A stretch of 60,246 bases of DNA, filler included, from Sphacelaria rigidula (GCA_964200075.2; 9 parts of 9 records of this genome joined end to end with filler, not necessarily neighbours in it), one strand, 5' to 3'. Positions 1 to 13,020 are shown, counted from the whole stretch's first letter. Notes: generated by a model not told the origin, from the sequence alone. Made by a program: numbers and translations.

Positions 1-920
1 TGATTGAAAAAATCTGACCCACTGAGTGTTGTTAATTATGTCTTAGAGAGCTCCCGCACGAAATTTCAATACACGAAAACCAAACGTGGGCCGGCGAGTG
101 GCCTTCGAAATGCTGTTCCGAGTTTATACAAATCCGGTTCTTAAAAGGCCCATGCTCAGCCCAATATTTAGAGTTGAAGCGTGAAATTTGGTATGAGCAA
201 TGCATGGGGCATGAAAAAAAAAAAAACGGTACCATTTTTTTTTTTTTTTTTTTTGTTTTTTTTTTTTGTTATGTATTCATTATTATTTTTTTTTGTTTTT
301 TTTTTTTTTGGCCCTTCTCCGTCGTTTTTCCCCAGAAGAGAGGGCTAGGCGGGTGCTGACACCTTCGAATGACTTGCTCTACTCGCCGAGGCCGTTCCAG
401 AGCACCTCTGTATTTTCCGTAGGTCACGGTTCCGTTTTTGGTCGAACTTGCATACTCAATAACGAACAGTCAAGTCACCAAAAAATCGTCAGTTTCCACC
501 CTGTTTTTTCATAACTTCGCCGTTTGTTATTGAAAATGCAATGTTGGCCAAGAACGAAGCTAAAACCTACGGGAGACGCAAGCGTGCTCTGGAACCGTCT
601 CAGCGAGTAGAGCATGTTATTCCAAGGTGTCAACATTCGCCCAGCCCCCTTTTCGGGGGAAAAACGACGGAAAGATCCAAAAATGCACTTTTCAACAAGA
701 TTCATTTTTTGATACATAAAAAGTAGCCTTACGGGCAATAATCAGTTTGCAGGTATCAGTAAAATGCCCTCAACTCATGAAAAAAAAAACTTTTGATACC
801 GACGGAATTTGCTTTTTCATACGCCATGCATTGTCCATACCAAATTTTAAGCTCCAACTCTAAATATTCGGCCGAGCATGGGCGCAAACTTCAAAACCGC
901 CTCTAGGCTGGCCCAGCTCG
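1..920 (-). mobile_element. Partial non-autonomous Tc1/mariner-like element (family of 18811-19837), truncated by contig start
   Basis: Ends in TAGGCTGGCCCAGCTCG+TA (904-922). Bases 1-210 and 750-920 are reverse-complement similar to 18811-19260. Internal inverted repeats lie at ~150-210 and ~825-880. Confidence 0.75.
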
Positions 921-1399
921 TATCCTGCTGCCAGCAACACACACACAGGAGATTACTCTTCTTTTTTGCCCGGTAACGGGTGCTACGCCCCCCAAAACGA
1001 GTCCGTGATGTAAACAGGATTGGCCTCTTTCTTGGTCGATTGATTGTCTTGAACATTTCACTGCCAAGCGCTGGGTCAGCACTCCCGGAAGCCGTCGGCG
1101 ACCGCCGAGTTTCTTGCCTTCGCCCTTCGTTGCAGCTCCTCCTGTAACGTGCTCGCCCTCTCGAATGTTAGAAACCAGAAATATATGAATGATTCGATGG
1201 CCATGCATACTTGGTATTCGACCCCACGAAATCCGGCTACTAAGTTAGTGCATGTGTACCAGTCTGTATGATCGCAAGGGGCGACAACCATGAATAAGGT
1301 GAGGAGCTCTGTCATATTAGCTGTAGGAGCCATTCCCTTTTCCTCACCCGATCGATTTTTCCGGGAAAACTACAGTTGCTCGCACTTATTCCCGAGTCA

Positions 1400-2200
1400 T
1401 ATACGGACGTATTCTCGCATTTTTCACCAAGCCAAGTCTTCATTGATCACAACCGAGGCGGGGTCCAGACCATCGTGAATTAATTTGGGACGGAAATGTG
1501 GATTTCTCGCGGTTACTTTCAAGTCACGTACGGATTTCTCACAGGCTAAGCAGCGCCCACGCATCATTTCCTTTCTTAATCGTGTCTTGGCTTAGCTACG
1601 ATGTGCCAGCACTACTTTATTCTATCGTGACCGATTCAACGTCCAGGTGTCCAAGGATTGAAAATAATCGACGGCGGATCAGAGAGGAGCAGGGGTATCC
1701 GGATTACAACTCCACGGACACCCTTCTACAAGCCGGAATCCTCATATCATAGATGATACTGGAGTCACGCTACGATAAGGAGGGGGAGGGTATTTTTGGC
1801 CGTTTTCCCCACGAAACTCCTCTTCAAATTGTTGTGAAGTGCACCAACGGTTGTTCGAACGCACGTACTACCGATAACAAGAGCACATTCATGGCGCTTG
1901 ACACCGTTTGTACCCGAGTACAAGCGCACCGCGAGTGCAACAGGTCGTATGAAACACCCATGAACCCATTTTTTGTTGAATCAACGCCCCCTCCCCCCGA
2001 CCGTGTAGCGTGGATCATTGACTACGCCCTCCTCGCACCGCAGCTTCACTCGCGGTTGACTTATTTTCTATCGGATAACAAGTGCTTTCGTCGCCCGCCT
2101 CGCGTGGAGTACCTGTGGGAAACAATGTTGAACACGACGAAACGCCGGGTAATTGCAGCAGAACGGGTTAGACGATAGCGTGCAAAGGAAGATCTTCAGA
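1400..2200 (-). pseudogene. Possible very decayed LTR-retrotransposon integrase remnant
   Basis: The minus strand near 1455-1500 reads FRPKL/(frameshift)SRWSGPA, resembling the GPY/F motif of Ty3/gypsy integrases. The rest is broken by stops, and no DDE motif could be resolved. Confidence 0.25.
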
Positions 2201-2520
2201 GAATATAGTTTGAGAAATGAGACCTTGAGTGATTATTCGAAGGCTGCATGGAAGCTAACAAAATGGTAAAGCCCCGGCTATGAACATCGAATGAGGTGGA
2301 TGTCCATAAATTGTAAAATACTGAAAAATGAGTACTGCCTCCGTCCGTGAGGGCAACCAACGCCACCCAGCAGCCTCACTTCAACTACCATGAAAAGACC
2401 AAGTCGTTAGTATTAGCCGAGCTCAAATCTATCCTCGGCGCAAGTTATTTAATTGATCGGCTGAGGCAGGGGGGGGGTGTACTCATGGGGTGTACTCATC
2501 TGAGGCAGGGGGGGGGGGGG

Positions 2521-5500
2521 TACGCATTTGCTGCTTCCCTTAGTCATCTAACTATTGACCACGCATCCCTTTCGAGACGAGACACCGTTCCTTCTCCTAC
2601 AAAAGAGACACCTCCAACATTCGGGCGCTCATTTTGTGTTTTCCATGCATCACACAAGCCTTTTACATATCGTATCCTCTTCCTGTGTCACCGTCTATGG
2701 CCACCATCCATGTCCTCGTATAGCGATGGCTTTCTCGCTACTGTCTCCGTTTACTTCCCAAAATTCCCCCTCTTAGCACGTCCCGTTCCTCCTTGTATAG
2801 TTCGCATTCTCCCACTATATGACTCCTCTACTGCTTCGCCCCACGGTCAATTCTCTGCATGTACTTCCTCCTCCACCCGACTACTGGTGCGCATCTTTCT
2901 TTCTGGCAGGTCCAGGTCCCCCACCCAAAATCTCACCTTATACTTTGTTGCGTGGTCTACTGGGTCGTGCAAATATGTTTTCATCCCGACCCGCTCTCTC
3001 AGCCCCCCTTATACCTTTAGGTGCTCATTCTCTCGACTTTTCGCCTTAGCGGTTGTTTTTCCATCATGTCCACCTTTTTTTCGTCTACTTTTTTTTTCTT
3101 GTGATAGTACAACACCGATTAAAGGTATGGAACGGATATCCTTGTTCCCCACTCCGTCGTGGTGTGTTATTGTGTGCCATTGTCATCCCCCATCATTTCT
3201 GGCCATCAGTCTAACCTTTCGGCATATGTGAGCGCATCAACCGGAAACACACATGAGAAAAGCCATCACAGGAGTTTTCTTTCGTTTCCCATGTTGTGGT
3301 AGACCCTCCATAGCGCACGCAACCTCTCTTGGGGGGCCCCATCTCCCTCCCTCTCGAGTGACTTGTGTGGGAATTTCCTTCAGCGGCTGTCAGCGCCTCT
3401 AGAGGAGGGCTACGTTCAGTCTCTAGAGGGGTTGAACGCCTCCAGAGGCTTCCTCTCCCTCATAAGGGAGAAACCTTCGTGTGGAGGGATGTTGGAGGTG
3501 GCCAAATGTCCGCGTGTGTTCCTTCCTATACTTCTCTTGCATATTCTAGTTTCGAAACAATCACATTCATCAGAATACAAATCTCAATCCTCGTGTCGAG
3601 GTGCGAGTCTCACAGGATGACATCCACCTCATTTATTTGTACCTTCCCCTTCCCTATTACTTTCCTATGTGTGCATTCCGAAAATAGTGTTTCAACATAT
3701 ATATATTTCGGTTAAGAAATCTATATTGGTTTACATCGTTAATTTTCCTCCTCCTCGCTTCCATTCAAACTCTACCGGGTTCTCCTGCAAGTACCACGCA
3801 TTTGTTTGCGTTCACTGTCACTCTCCGTTTCTTGGTGTATACTAGTGTCTTCTCTATTTGTCTCTGCAACCCTCTCTGATATCCGCGAACACCAATCCCG
3901 ATACGGTATCTTCCGTCACACGGATTCGTTGCCTTGCATGTCATGAATAAATACCTTGAAAAAGGTGGATGATAACGCACATTCTTATGCGTGTGCTTTG
4001 TAAAATGTCAATATAATATACCGATATTTCCCCATCCAGCATCATAGCACTTCTCGCGCATTCTGCCATCCTCTTCGATCTTCACATTTTCCCCTCTGAT
4101 CCCAGTTTCTCACGTCATTTTCCACATCCCGTTCCTTCACACGGCCTCATGAAACAGCCGATCATCGAAATTGAGGATGGAGCTTTTCATTGAGGATTTG
4201 AACACGGGGGTTAAAATCTTCGTATCCACACCAAATCTTCGAAATATGGGTTAATTCCTTCACCTACCGGTAGCTATTGACAACCAAGTGCTACACGTCC
4301 TGCGAATTTGGATTTCGATTAACGAAATGTTGGGGATCTACGTGAAAAAACAATTCTGGGGTATCTCGGCGATCCGATCGGATCACCTCAATTCGCCAAA
4401 ATTGGTTTTTCACCAAGGACCCCGATATTTCGCTTATCGAAAGCCAAATGTGTAGGGCGTGTAACTGCTGTCCACAGCTACCAGTAGGTGAAGGAATGGA
4501 ACAATATTCCGAAACATTTCGAGTGAATACGAAGATTTTAATACTCCGGGTTCTCATCCGCAATCAAAAGCTCTATCCTCAATTTCGATGGTCGACTGTT
4601 GTAGGCCTTCTGTACGTCTAGGCAGGAACAGTGCGTTGTTAACTCCGCGTCTTTCTTGCTGCGGGTAATTTTAGCTATTGCATACACATGATCTACGCAG
4701 CTGCAGTTTCCCTAACCCGGTTCGTCTCTCGCTGGTCATTTCTTCCTTCTCCAGTATCGTTTCCACTCCATAGGTCAGAATATTACATACCATTTTCCCT
4801 ACAGGGCTCAGTAGCGCTCTCCCTCTAGGATTATCTACGTCAGCCTCGTCTCCTTTCTTGAGAAGGTTTACTACTTTTACCCTCCAAGTCTTGAGTATGC
4901 ACACGTTTTCCTGGATCCGATTATACGACATAACCATCATGGTAGCCATTCCTTCTCCCCCGTACTTCATCAATCAATTCACTATCTCGTCTGCCCCAGC
5001 AGCTGCCTTCCTATCCTTGAGTTTATCAATATACTCGTTTACTTGCTCTCTTGTGAAGTATCTCAGCAATTCTTTTGAACCACCATCTTCCCGCTTTGAT
5101 GCCTCCACATTTGCCAGTGCCCACGCGTTGGCTCCGTTCTCAAATTCCGCGTCGAATCTCTCGTTAGTTTTTGGTGTTCCTAGCTTTTGACAGGGCTCTA
5201 CTAGTAATTCTCTCTTGCCCTTCGAACTCCTGAATCATTTTTTTGACCGTCGTGTGCTCTTAGTGTGGCTATTTCCCCGTTTGCCTCTCCTGCCTGTTTA
5301 ACCAGAATCCCGATTATTCCTCCCCATATCGGTAAGCCTTTGATTGTTTTGCTAACCATAGCTTTCCACATTCCCCTGACTTTTTTCCTGTCATATTTCA
5401 ACATATTTTCTAGCTTTAGCATATTCCTCTCATCCTACTGAAGTGTTGCTCGATGTATACCTTGCGTGGGCCTCTCTCCTGACTCTTACAGCCTCTACCA

Positions 5501-6450
5501 CTTCCTTACCCCATCATTCTACTGCTGTGTAGCATGGTGTCAGTTTTTTTCCTATGGCTTTGCTTGCTGGGGGCTTGATGACCAGCCCCCATTCTTCTAT
5601 AACCTTCACTCCTGCCTGATCCCTTTATATGCGGCATTAGCTGTACCTACGCTTTCGAACACCTTGGAAACGGTTACTGCATGTTTGGCCATCTCTTCTT
5701 GGAACTCTTCTGTATTACTCTATTTCGAGTTCATATGTTCTCCATTTGTTCAGCTTTTTTCCCCGCCTCCTGTTTGTTACAACTCTCGAAGTGATCAAAA
5801 CAGGCAATTCTCCGTAATTCCCACGTCCGCTGCGCGTACGCATACTTCCGTTTCCTTACCACTTCCAATTTCATCACTTTATAGTCAACAATGGAGCTTC
5901 GTTCCTTTCGCTTGCAATGTCTAGCTGGTGCATTGCGGATCTGGCATATTTCCTCTATTGTTTGATGTCGTCATCTCGTAATTCGCGAAGAACTTCAACA
6001 TCTCTACCTTATTCCTTTTTTTCTCCGTTTCCCCATATTGCCCAAATTGGGTGTTATCATCCGCTCGGCTTACCTTTCCAATTCTTGCAATAAAGTCTCC
6101 TACACTAACGTTACTTGTCACCATCTTTCATACCTCTGTACACCATCTGCGTTTTCTTCGAGCTTCCTACGTATATCTCATCCAGTACTCTTCGACCCTA
6201 GGGGCATAACGATGTTCCTTAAGAATAAACGCTTCGTTTCTCGCTCTCCTGGTACCCGTATCCATACGTTGTCGTCGTTTCTTGTGTTTTTGATCACTTC
6301 TCTTATGTCACACAGGTACCCCTTGACCACGAATCCTAGTCACCCCGCTCCTCTATTCTTGTGTTCCTTCCCCTTTCTCTCTCTCCCTATCCATGCATGC
6401 GTACTCTCCACCTTTGCATCCTATTTCCGCCCCCTGTTTCCTCCACATCT
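2521..6450 (-). mobile_element. Decayed, 5'-truncated LINE (APE endonuclease + RT + C-terminal Cys/His motif)
   Basis: Minus-strand fragments include VGDFIARIGK (APE, 5921-6124), VVNLLKKGDEADVDNPRGRALLSPVGK (RT, 4671-4973) and LVFADI (~3878-3895). It is colinear with 53783-57400. The 3' UTR at 2521-2600 ends at G13 (2508-2520). It has many stops and frameshifts and a MITE inserted at 4153-4600. Confidence 0.9.
4153..4600. mobile_element. MITE with ~45-bp TIRs starting AACAGCCGAT
   Basis: Left AACAGCCGATCATCGAAATTGAGGATGGAGCTTTTCATTGAGGAT pairs with right ATCCGCAATCAAAAGCTCTATCCTCAATTTCGATGGTCGACTGTT. It interrupts the LINE RT motif that is intact at ~55390-55415. Partial copies lie at 26823-26876, ~46695-46837 and 53323-53542. 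Confidence 0.88.
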
Positions 6451-6454
6451 TTGG

Positions 6455-6606
6455 TAGTGGCGATACCAGAAAATAAAGCAACTTATTGTCGGCTGTCATC
6501 CTAATGCAAGATTATCAGTAGGCTTCGGGCCGAACACTCTTAGCAGGATGCAGCTCGCCCTCCATGCGACTCGCCGAACACACCACTGCGCTCCGCGGTT
6601 GGCGGT
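6455..6606 (+). mobile_element. Internal fragment of SINE-like family B
   Basis: GTGGCGATACCAGAAAAT...CAAGATTATCAGTAGGCTTCGGGCCGAAC matches 20600-20720, 39378-39510 and 42568-42705. Confidence 0.8.
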
Positions 6607-6706
6607 NNNNNNNNNNNNNNNNNNNNNNNNNNNNNNNNNNNNNNNNNNNNTTAATTAATTAANNNNNNNNNNNNNNNNNNNNNNNNNNNNNNNNNNNNNN
6701 NNNNNN
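6607..6706. other. Artificial contig linker (44N-TTAATTAATTAA-44N); first of eight
   Basis: Identical 100-bp spacer at 6607-6706, 13313-13412, 20018-20117, 26723-26822, 33428-33527, 40133-40232, 46838-46937 and 53543-53642. TTAATTAATTAA gives stops in all six frames. Intervening contigs are 6606, 6606, 6605 (x6) and 6604 bp, i.e. sorted by length. Confidence 0.97.
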
Positions 6707-8439
6707 CGGCTTTTGAGTTGAACCTCATTTTTTTTGCAACCCCTTTTTCGATAATCGGCTGTTCTATGTTTTTTATCAAGATCGTATATGACTTTGGACG
6801 ATATTGTTGTGTTTGGGGTTGGCAACGCCGGCCGCTCGGCTGCACCTCGGTACTTCACGCAGGTGAGATTCAGTTGGTGCTGAGGACACCGCCATTTCAT
6901 ATTTAGTACACAACACTACAGTCGATGTGATATCGTGATATACACAGTAGACTTGTCTGCCATGTATTGCGTCACAAGCGCCTCACTCTCCATCATTTTT
7001 CCCCTCCTGTTCTTCAACGAGCGACCTCGTCTTCTACAGTCTGTAGGGTGCGGCGTCAAGTGAACCCTAAATCAGAAACCGACAAGTGTCCCCTGAATAA
7101 ACGTTTATTGTAGACTTTGTCTGAAATGAGAACAGGTGACAGTACTGCTCCAGAGCCTTCTTCCCCAGCAGGGCCCCAGAGATTTTTTAAGACACCAGCA
7201 GTTATACAAACAGCTGTTTTTGTTAAAACCAGAAGTATTCCTGCTTTACTGTCCGTTCGAACACAATATGTTACGCATTCAATAATCATCCAACGAATCA
7301 TGACAGGATCCAAACCGATATCCACATTCTAATGTACCCCCATGCTAGAGGTGCTACTGTATTCTACAGGTCTTTCTATAGGCTTGTGCGATTGTGAGCC
7401 GTTTTGCGGCGTTGACAAGTCTGGCATTCAGTGCACCTTTAACGAACATCTTGACGCATGGCTGGCCACCAGTACGTTCACCTCATTCTTTCGTCTGTCG
7501 GTCGGTTTACATGCGAGGTGACCTGCTGCGGACAACGCAGGATCGTGATGTGAATTTCGTAAGAACCCTACTAATTGATCACCGCACGTGCCCCTTTCTA
7601 GGAGGTTTCGTGGCAGGCACAACTTGAACAAAATACCGCTCGGCAGTCAACCTTTCTCTTTCGGTATTGGTGGATTGTCATCTGTTGAGTACTGAATGTA
7701 TGAGGCAAATTCTTTCGCCTGCTCGTTTTGCAATTCTTACATTATCAGAGACGTGACAATATTTGTTGCGCTTGGATAAATGAAGTTCACGGTAAACACC
7801 TCCCCGTCACTTTGCACTGGTTAAAATTTTTCCAGTTTTCTCCGCCGAAATTTGGAATGGTTGGTGAGGTTTAGCTATGTTTAACACGGGATTCTCATGT
7901 ACGTTACGACACAGCGGCGTGTGCAGGAGATTTGACATGGTCTTCCTGTTGCTACGCGAATTACAACATTCGTGTCAGTGTGTCCGGAAAGACGTTTAAT
8001 TTTCCGGTTTGTGCTGCACAGCAATATTGAAGACTGCAATGAGATTGCACACCTACTCAGTATGTTCCTAGTGCCCTGCCTCCAGTACAGATATATATAT
8101 ATATATATATATATCAGTAAACGAGGGGAATCGCTCGAGGACTACAATGCCAATTTTCGGGCCTGGTGCAAGAGGGTAAACTTTCTCTAGCGGTAAGAAC
8201 GAATGATCGCATGTGACCCCGCCCTGAGCAGCAACAAAAGGATAACACACACCAACCGCCACACACTAGTAGACAGCATCGACTTCAGCCCCTCCCGGAA
8301 TTCAGCGTTGGCCCGACATCGGGATACTAAGGCGGGTCAACACGGTCAGATTTACCCGCCTAATAAGCCCACCTTTCCATGGTCCGTCATAACAAATATC
8401 CATTTTTTCATTCTCGCCGTCTACGAGCCTTGGACGCAG

Positions 8440-8870
8440 GTGCGCTTTTTTCACTTGATTTTAGACTACGGCTAAACGGGGTCATTCCGTCGTTCCCAGA
8501 AGCTCTGAGAGGCCAGCATTTGCTCTTACTTGATTATAGACTACGCCAAAACGGTGTCCTTCGGTCGTTCTAAGAAGCTCAGAAAGGCGAGCATTTGCTC
8601 TTACTTAATTTTAGAGTACAGCGAAACGGGGTCATTTCGTTCTCTCAAGCTCTGACAAAGCAGCATTGTATGATTTCCCTTCAGGAGGTTTCGGGAGCAT
8701 CGCCTCCCCGGCAGTGCTCTGCATGGTGTTTTCCGCCTTTCTTTCCTCGCCATGGGGGTAGATCCTTCGCGCGTCCATGTCATGCCGCACACAGGACTGT
8801 CAGAATCGTTCCCAGAGGCTCTGAGACAGGTGCCCTTTTTCACGTGCTTTTAGAATACGGCGAAACGGGG
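8440..8870 (+). repeat. Degenerate ~70-bp tandem units; left part of an interspersed repeat shared with 17180-18010
   Basis: The unit CTTACTTGATTTTAGAGTACAGCGAAACGGGGTCATT...GAAGCTCTGA recurs 3-4 times here and again at 17190-17330. Confidence 0.7.
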
Positions 8871-9173
8871 TGTATTTGTGACCCTTTGACCGTCGGAGAT
8901 GACACCTCTTACAACATGCTCTTGCCGTTTTCACTTGAAAATTGAATCAGAATCATGCTCAGTTGGATGGGTTGTGCGGAACGACTCTCCGACCAATCTT
9001 GGCGCACATGGGGAGCATGTTGTGATCTTGCCCGCATGTCGAATAATCTCGACTGTACTTCCCTTTGCCTGTCTCTGGACTGCTGTTGTTGCTGCTGCTG
9101 CTTCTGCTCTGCCAGACATGCGTTTTTCCGTCATGAGGTGCATGCTTCTATTTTTCATGTTTTAGTCGGCAGA

Positions 9174-9755
9174 CGGTCGCTCTGGTGGCTCGGTTGGTAA
9201 CCCCCAAACCTTATGGCGGTTGGGTCGTCGGTTCGAACCTCAGTGCAGTTACACGATCTGGAATTTTATCTCACACCATGTTCAACAGTGGACGGCGACT
9301 ACAAACAATGTTTTCGTGAGATTGAGAGTAGAGCGCTGGTTGAAAGTGGCTTTGACTATTCGCTTCAACGTAGCCAGCTTTTCATTCCGTGCGTGCTTTT
9401 CTTCGCCTCTAGCACTGACGTGTGCATACAACTACACGTCGATATCTTGCTCAGGGGTAATAAGGGTCTCAGTGGCAAGCTCCTACAGTACAGAGATCAT
9501 CTTGAGCCTCGTGAAGGTGCATTTCGGAACTGAAAAAATTCCTTGACTAATTGACCGCTTTTCACTCTCAATCGTATCTTCTATTCTCAATCTTACGAAA
9601 ACATTGTTCACAGTATGTCGTGAGTAGACAGAATTCGGTTTCGCGGTCGACGAGCGAAAGGGACCGCTGAACCCCACTCGCGATGAAAAGGTAAGGCGAC
9701 TACCACAGAATTTCCTGTGTTGACCTCCCTTCTGTGTTACACATAGCGCACACAA
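9174..9755 (+). mobile_element. tRNA-derived SINE copy interrupted by a MITE
   Basis: The head has an A-box-like TGGCTCGGTTGG and a B-box GGTTCGAACC. The body after 9614 matches 35985-36115 and 36627-36790. Confidence 0.75.
9302..9613. mobile_element. MITE with TA target duplication (Tc1/mariner-pogo type)
   Basis: TIR AACAATGTTTTCGTGAGATTGAGA pairs with TCTCAATCTTACGAAAACATTGTT. TA flanks lie at 9300-9301 and 9614-9615. The empty site GACTATGTCG is seen in the SINE copy at 36625-36634, and a related partial copy lies at ~28268-28500. Confidence 0.85.
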
Positions 9756-10419
9756 CTATCAGCATGAATATCGCATGGTCTCGACTTCACTTCATTTGTA
9801 CTGTTTGAAACCTTTTGGGACCGGAATCCCAGAAACACGTGGTTTGCACGCAGGGGCGTTTCCATGAATCGGTAATATTTTTAGTTGGAAACGATTAAAA
9901 ATGATGTCAATTTATTCAAAGGCCCCTGCGTGCATATCACATGTTTCTGGGGATCGGGTCGCGAAAGGGTCAATCCTTTGACCGGTAGGGTAGGTCATCT
10001 GGACCACACTGTAATTTGTGAAGTCCAAGTAACTGATGCCGATTTAACAACAGATAACCTATCATGGCGTTCAAACGGTCAAATTCGTTGCCACTATATG
10101 GGTTCTTGGTTTGCGGGGGCGGTCAGTTCCTCAGGTTCACTTTTGATTGTGATGCGTTGTGTTGAGCCTTCGTACATACTCATCATCCATGTTCCTCTTC
10201 GCCCTGAAAACGAAACATTTTTTTTTTTTAAATCGAATCGACATCATGCTCATGAAACACTCAGAAAACACGACAAATTTTTCCCGCCGCTTTCCATCAA
10301 CCATTTGACAGCGAAAATGATGTAATCTGTTGAATTGGCATCAATTTCACTCTGAAAAACGTATCCATGATCCAGATTTGCTACCGTGCTAAGCCCATGA
10401 GCTTACAAAACGCACACGG

Positions 10420-11268
10420 CTATCGCCGGTGCTCATGTACTTTGGCTGTCGATCCACTGATCGTGGCGGCGAAGCCGTAGAAACGCCACGTTGCGGTTGT
10501 CGTGTGCTCAACTGTCCTGCTATTTCTGGAGCCTGTTCCGTACAATGGGTCATGTCTGTGATGTTGAATCCGGGGTTGTCCGTGTTCCGGGGGATATCGA
10601 TCGCTACTGTTGGTCGAGTGTTCTTTGCTGTTTATGGACGGCTTTCGCACGACGGGATCGTCTGTCATATTGAATCCGTGGTCGTCGTTCACCGTGTTTT
10701 GGGGGATATCGGTCGCTACTGTTGGTCGATTGTTGCCTTACTTCTTCCTTTTCTCTCATATATCCACTACATTGCGGGTATTGCCTGCTTCGTTGTTGCC
10801 CACGAAGGAGGGGGAATGAATATTTTATGTCTTTTCAGTTGCTGTTTCCGGACGCTGTTCCGTACGATGGGCGTTTCTGCGGTGCAATAGAACTGGACTC
10901 ATGGTTGCGAACAGTCCGTCGCAAGTCTTTGTGTCCCCGGGTATCGGGTTCCTATTCGTTGCTGTGGGTGGAAAACGTAAATGAGCGTCTTCGTATCTGC
11001 TCTTCGACGGTGGAGGTAGTCTTTTGCCCGTTCTACCGTATCGGTACAATCGTCAAAACATCATCAAGTCTCTTCTTCATATCCTGCCCCCGGGACACGG
11101 GTCTCCATACGCACACAGCGCAATGTACTGCACTCGAAGCTATGATCTGTTCCGTCACTTAATGCGAGCAACGATGACCGGTCCTCATCTACCTTGGCTA
11201 TCGATCCCATTGAGCGTGACGGCGAAAGCCGCCGAACTCCTTGTGTGTGTGTATATATATATATATTG
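10420..11268 (+). repeat. Interspersed repeat (right part) ending in (TA)n, shared with 18400-18810 + 19838-19985
   Basis: Shared blocks include GCGGTGCAATAG..CTGGACTCATGGTTGCGAA, CTTCGACGGTGGAGGT and GAGCAACGATGACCGG...GAAC(T/C)CCTTGT+(TA)n. Confidence 0.8.
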
Positions 11269-11559
11269 TTCGTCCCCGGTAGACAGGTAGGAACCTTTAC
11301 CGTGCACTTCGCAATTTCTGGTTTCGTACAGCTCTTTCGAGTGCGCTCCACCTCGCCACCGCCTCGAATTTCACCGCAAAACATAATAGCCATTAAGGCG
11401 GTTCAGTGTACGGGTAGGCACCAAGGTAAGGGTCCCCCCCCCCCCCCCAGGTAGTCTTGGACTTGAACGGATCCTTCGTCCTCGAATAGTTAGGGACATC
11501 CTCACCGAGCAAACCTCCTTTCAATGTCCCCCAGCTTGACTCTGTACACAAACCACCCT

Positions 11560-12000
11560 ACTCATCTGGGTGTTGATCCTCAGGTCACACAAGTGAAATG
11601 TCGACCCCACGAAAATGGGCGCTCATGTTGTATCATTTCTAGTAAAACCGCAAAACATTCCTTGAGTGTCCCAGAGCAGTGTCTTTGGGCATGGTTGAAA
11701 CGTTGACTAAAATCATGCCATGATCGCTGGGTCGTCGCTTTCTTCTGCGCAAGAATGGACCCTGCGCCGTCACCAGACGCGTCCACTTGGATCATAACCT
11801 TTAAAAACAATCTGGGAAGTGTAGTATAAGAGTATTCATCAAATGCTGCTTTACTTCAGCGGAGGGCTCGTTATGTTCTGATTTACAATGTTTCGCCACT
11901 TCCTTGACCGCTTCTCTCCTCTGTAAGATCCCCCGAGCTGTGCACTCAATGCCGGACAGCTACGTTGACCCCTTCCATTCTACGCACGTAGATTGCTGCA
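11560..12000 (-). pseudogene. Ty3/gypsy pol relic: RT thumb/RNase H
   Basis: ORF 11580-11810 reads IQVDASGDGAGSILAQ...FSQRFNHAQRHCSGTLKECFAVL...RPFSWGRHFTCVT, matching the gypsy RNase H pattern TDAS-G-GAVL-Q...SRKL-AE-NYS-E-E-LA...YL-GR-F-V-T. Upstream LILHFPD resembles the PVL-PD linker. Confidence 0.88.
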
Positions 12001-12963
12001 GCTGTATTCGTACATTAACCTCGGCTCTTGATTATCCTGGAGAGCAGCATCCTAGTTTGTCTCCCGCGGAGTGAGCAAACAGCTTCAGACAATCGAGATG
12101 ACACACACATGGAGCCCACCGATCATGCTGGCAGACCCGCGATCGATCAGTCAGTCGCAAACGGATCTAACACACCTTTTCCCGTCTGCATTTGTGTCCT
12201 TAGCCTAGGTAACAATGATGAGTCAGTCTACAGCACCCCCCAAGCCTCGCTTACTGCCGACAAGTAGTCAAAATTTTCATCATCGTCAATATATTTACCA
12301 GCGTAAGCGAAAAAGGGATGACAAAAACCCATACTTTAGGCCCTATCAAAAGTGATCCTTTCTGGACCAGTTTTCGTACTTTAAGCCCTATCATTTTTTT
12401 ACCCCTGTAGTCAAGCTGTAAGTTTCTTGCCGTCGTCGAGCGAAGGATTTTTTTTGTTGAGAGTGGTGTTGAGCAAACATCAGGGGAAAGGATGTTGGAG
12501 AAAATCATCAAAGGCCTTAGGAAGAGGAGAAACTATGTTTTTCTTGCCAAGAGAAGATGGTGTCGGGAGAGCAAGATAATATTTTGGGGTTGAGGCGGGG
12601 GCCGCAGAGGATATCGGCGTTGCGGGGCCGTCGCACTCAGTTTGTTGGGGGTCAGGAATTCCCGACTCCAACCGCGCGATTTTCGTTGCAGCTTCCCCAT
12701 CTCTTTCTACTTTTTTACAGTCAGTCGCGTGCTCTGTTTTCCCTTAAAGCTGCTCTCAAACCGCTTTCCTTTCATCAAAGGCAAGACCTATGGGTTTATA
12801 CTACCTTCTCCGTTGTCAGTCATTGTTTGCGCGGTTTATCTGCTATTTTTGGGAGGGTCAAGGAATGGTCGGTGTCAGGAATACAGTGAGTGGAGGATGC
12901 AAGTCCCTGGACAGACGACAGCAGAAATGTCGATTTTGGAGTGGGGTTCAACGACCGAGGGCC

Positions 12964-13020
12964 TATGAGCTGGGCCAGCCTAGAAATGGAATTAAGCTCT
13001 CAAAGCAATATCTCATCGAC
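12964..13020 (-). mobile_element. Solo right-end fragment of the mariner-like family
   Basis: TATGAGCTGGGCCAGCCTAGAAATGGAATTAAGCTCTCAAAGCAATATCTCATCGAC is the near reverse complement of 19783-19839. Confidence 0.75.

Noticed and set aside
2347..3231. 294-aa plus-strand ORF as a gene
   Set aside because: It is an antisense shadow of the purine-rich LINE coding strand; the same applies to plus-strand ORFs at 53911-57919.
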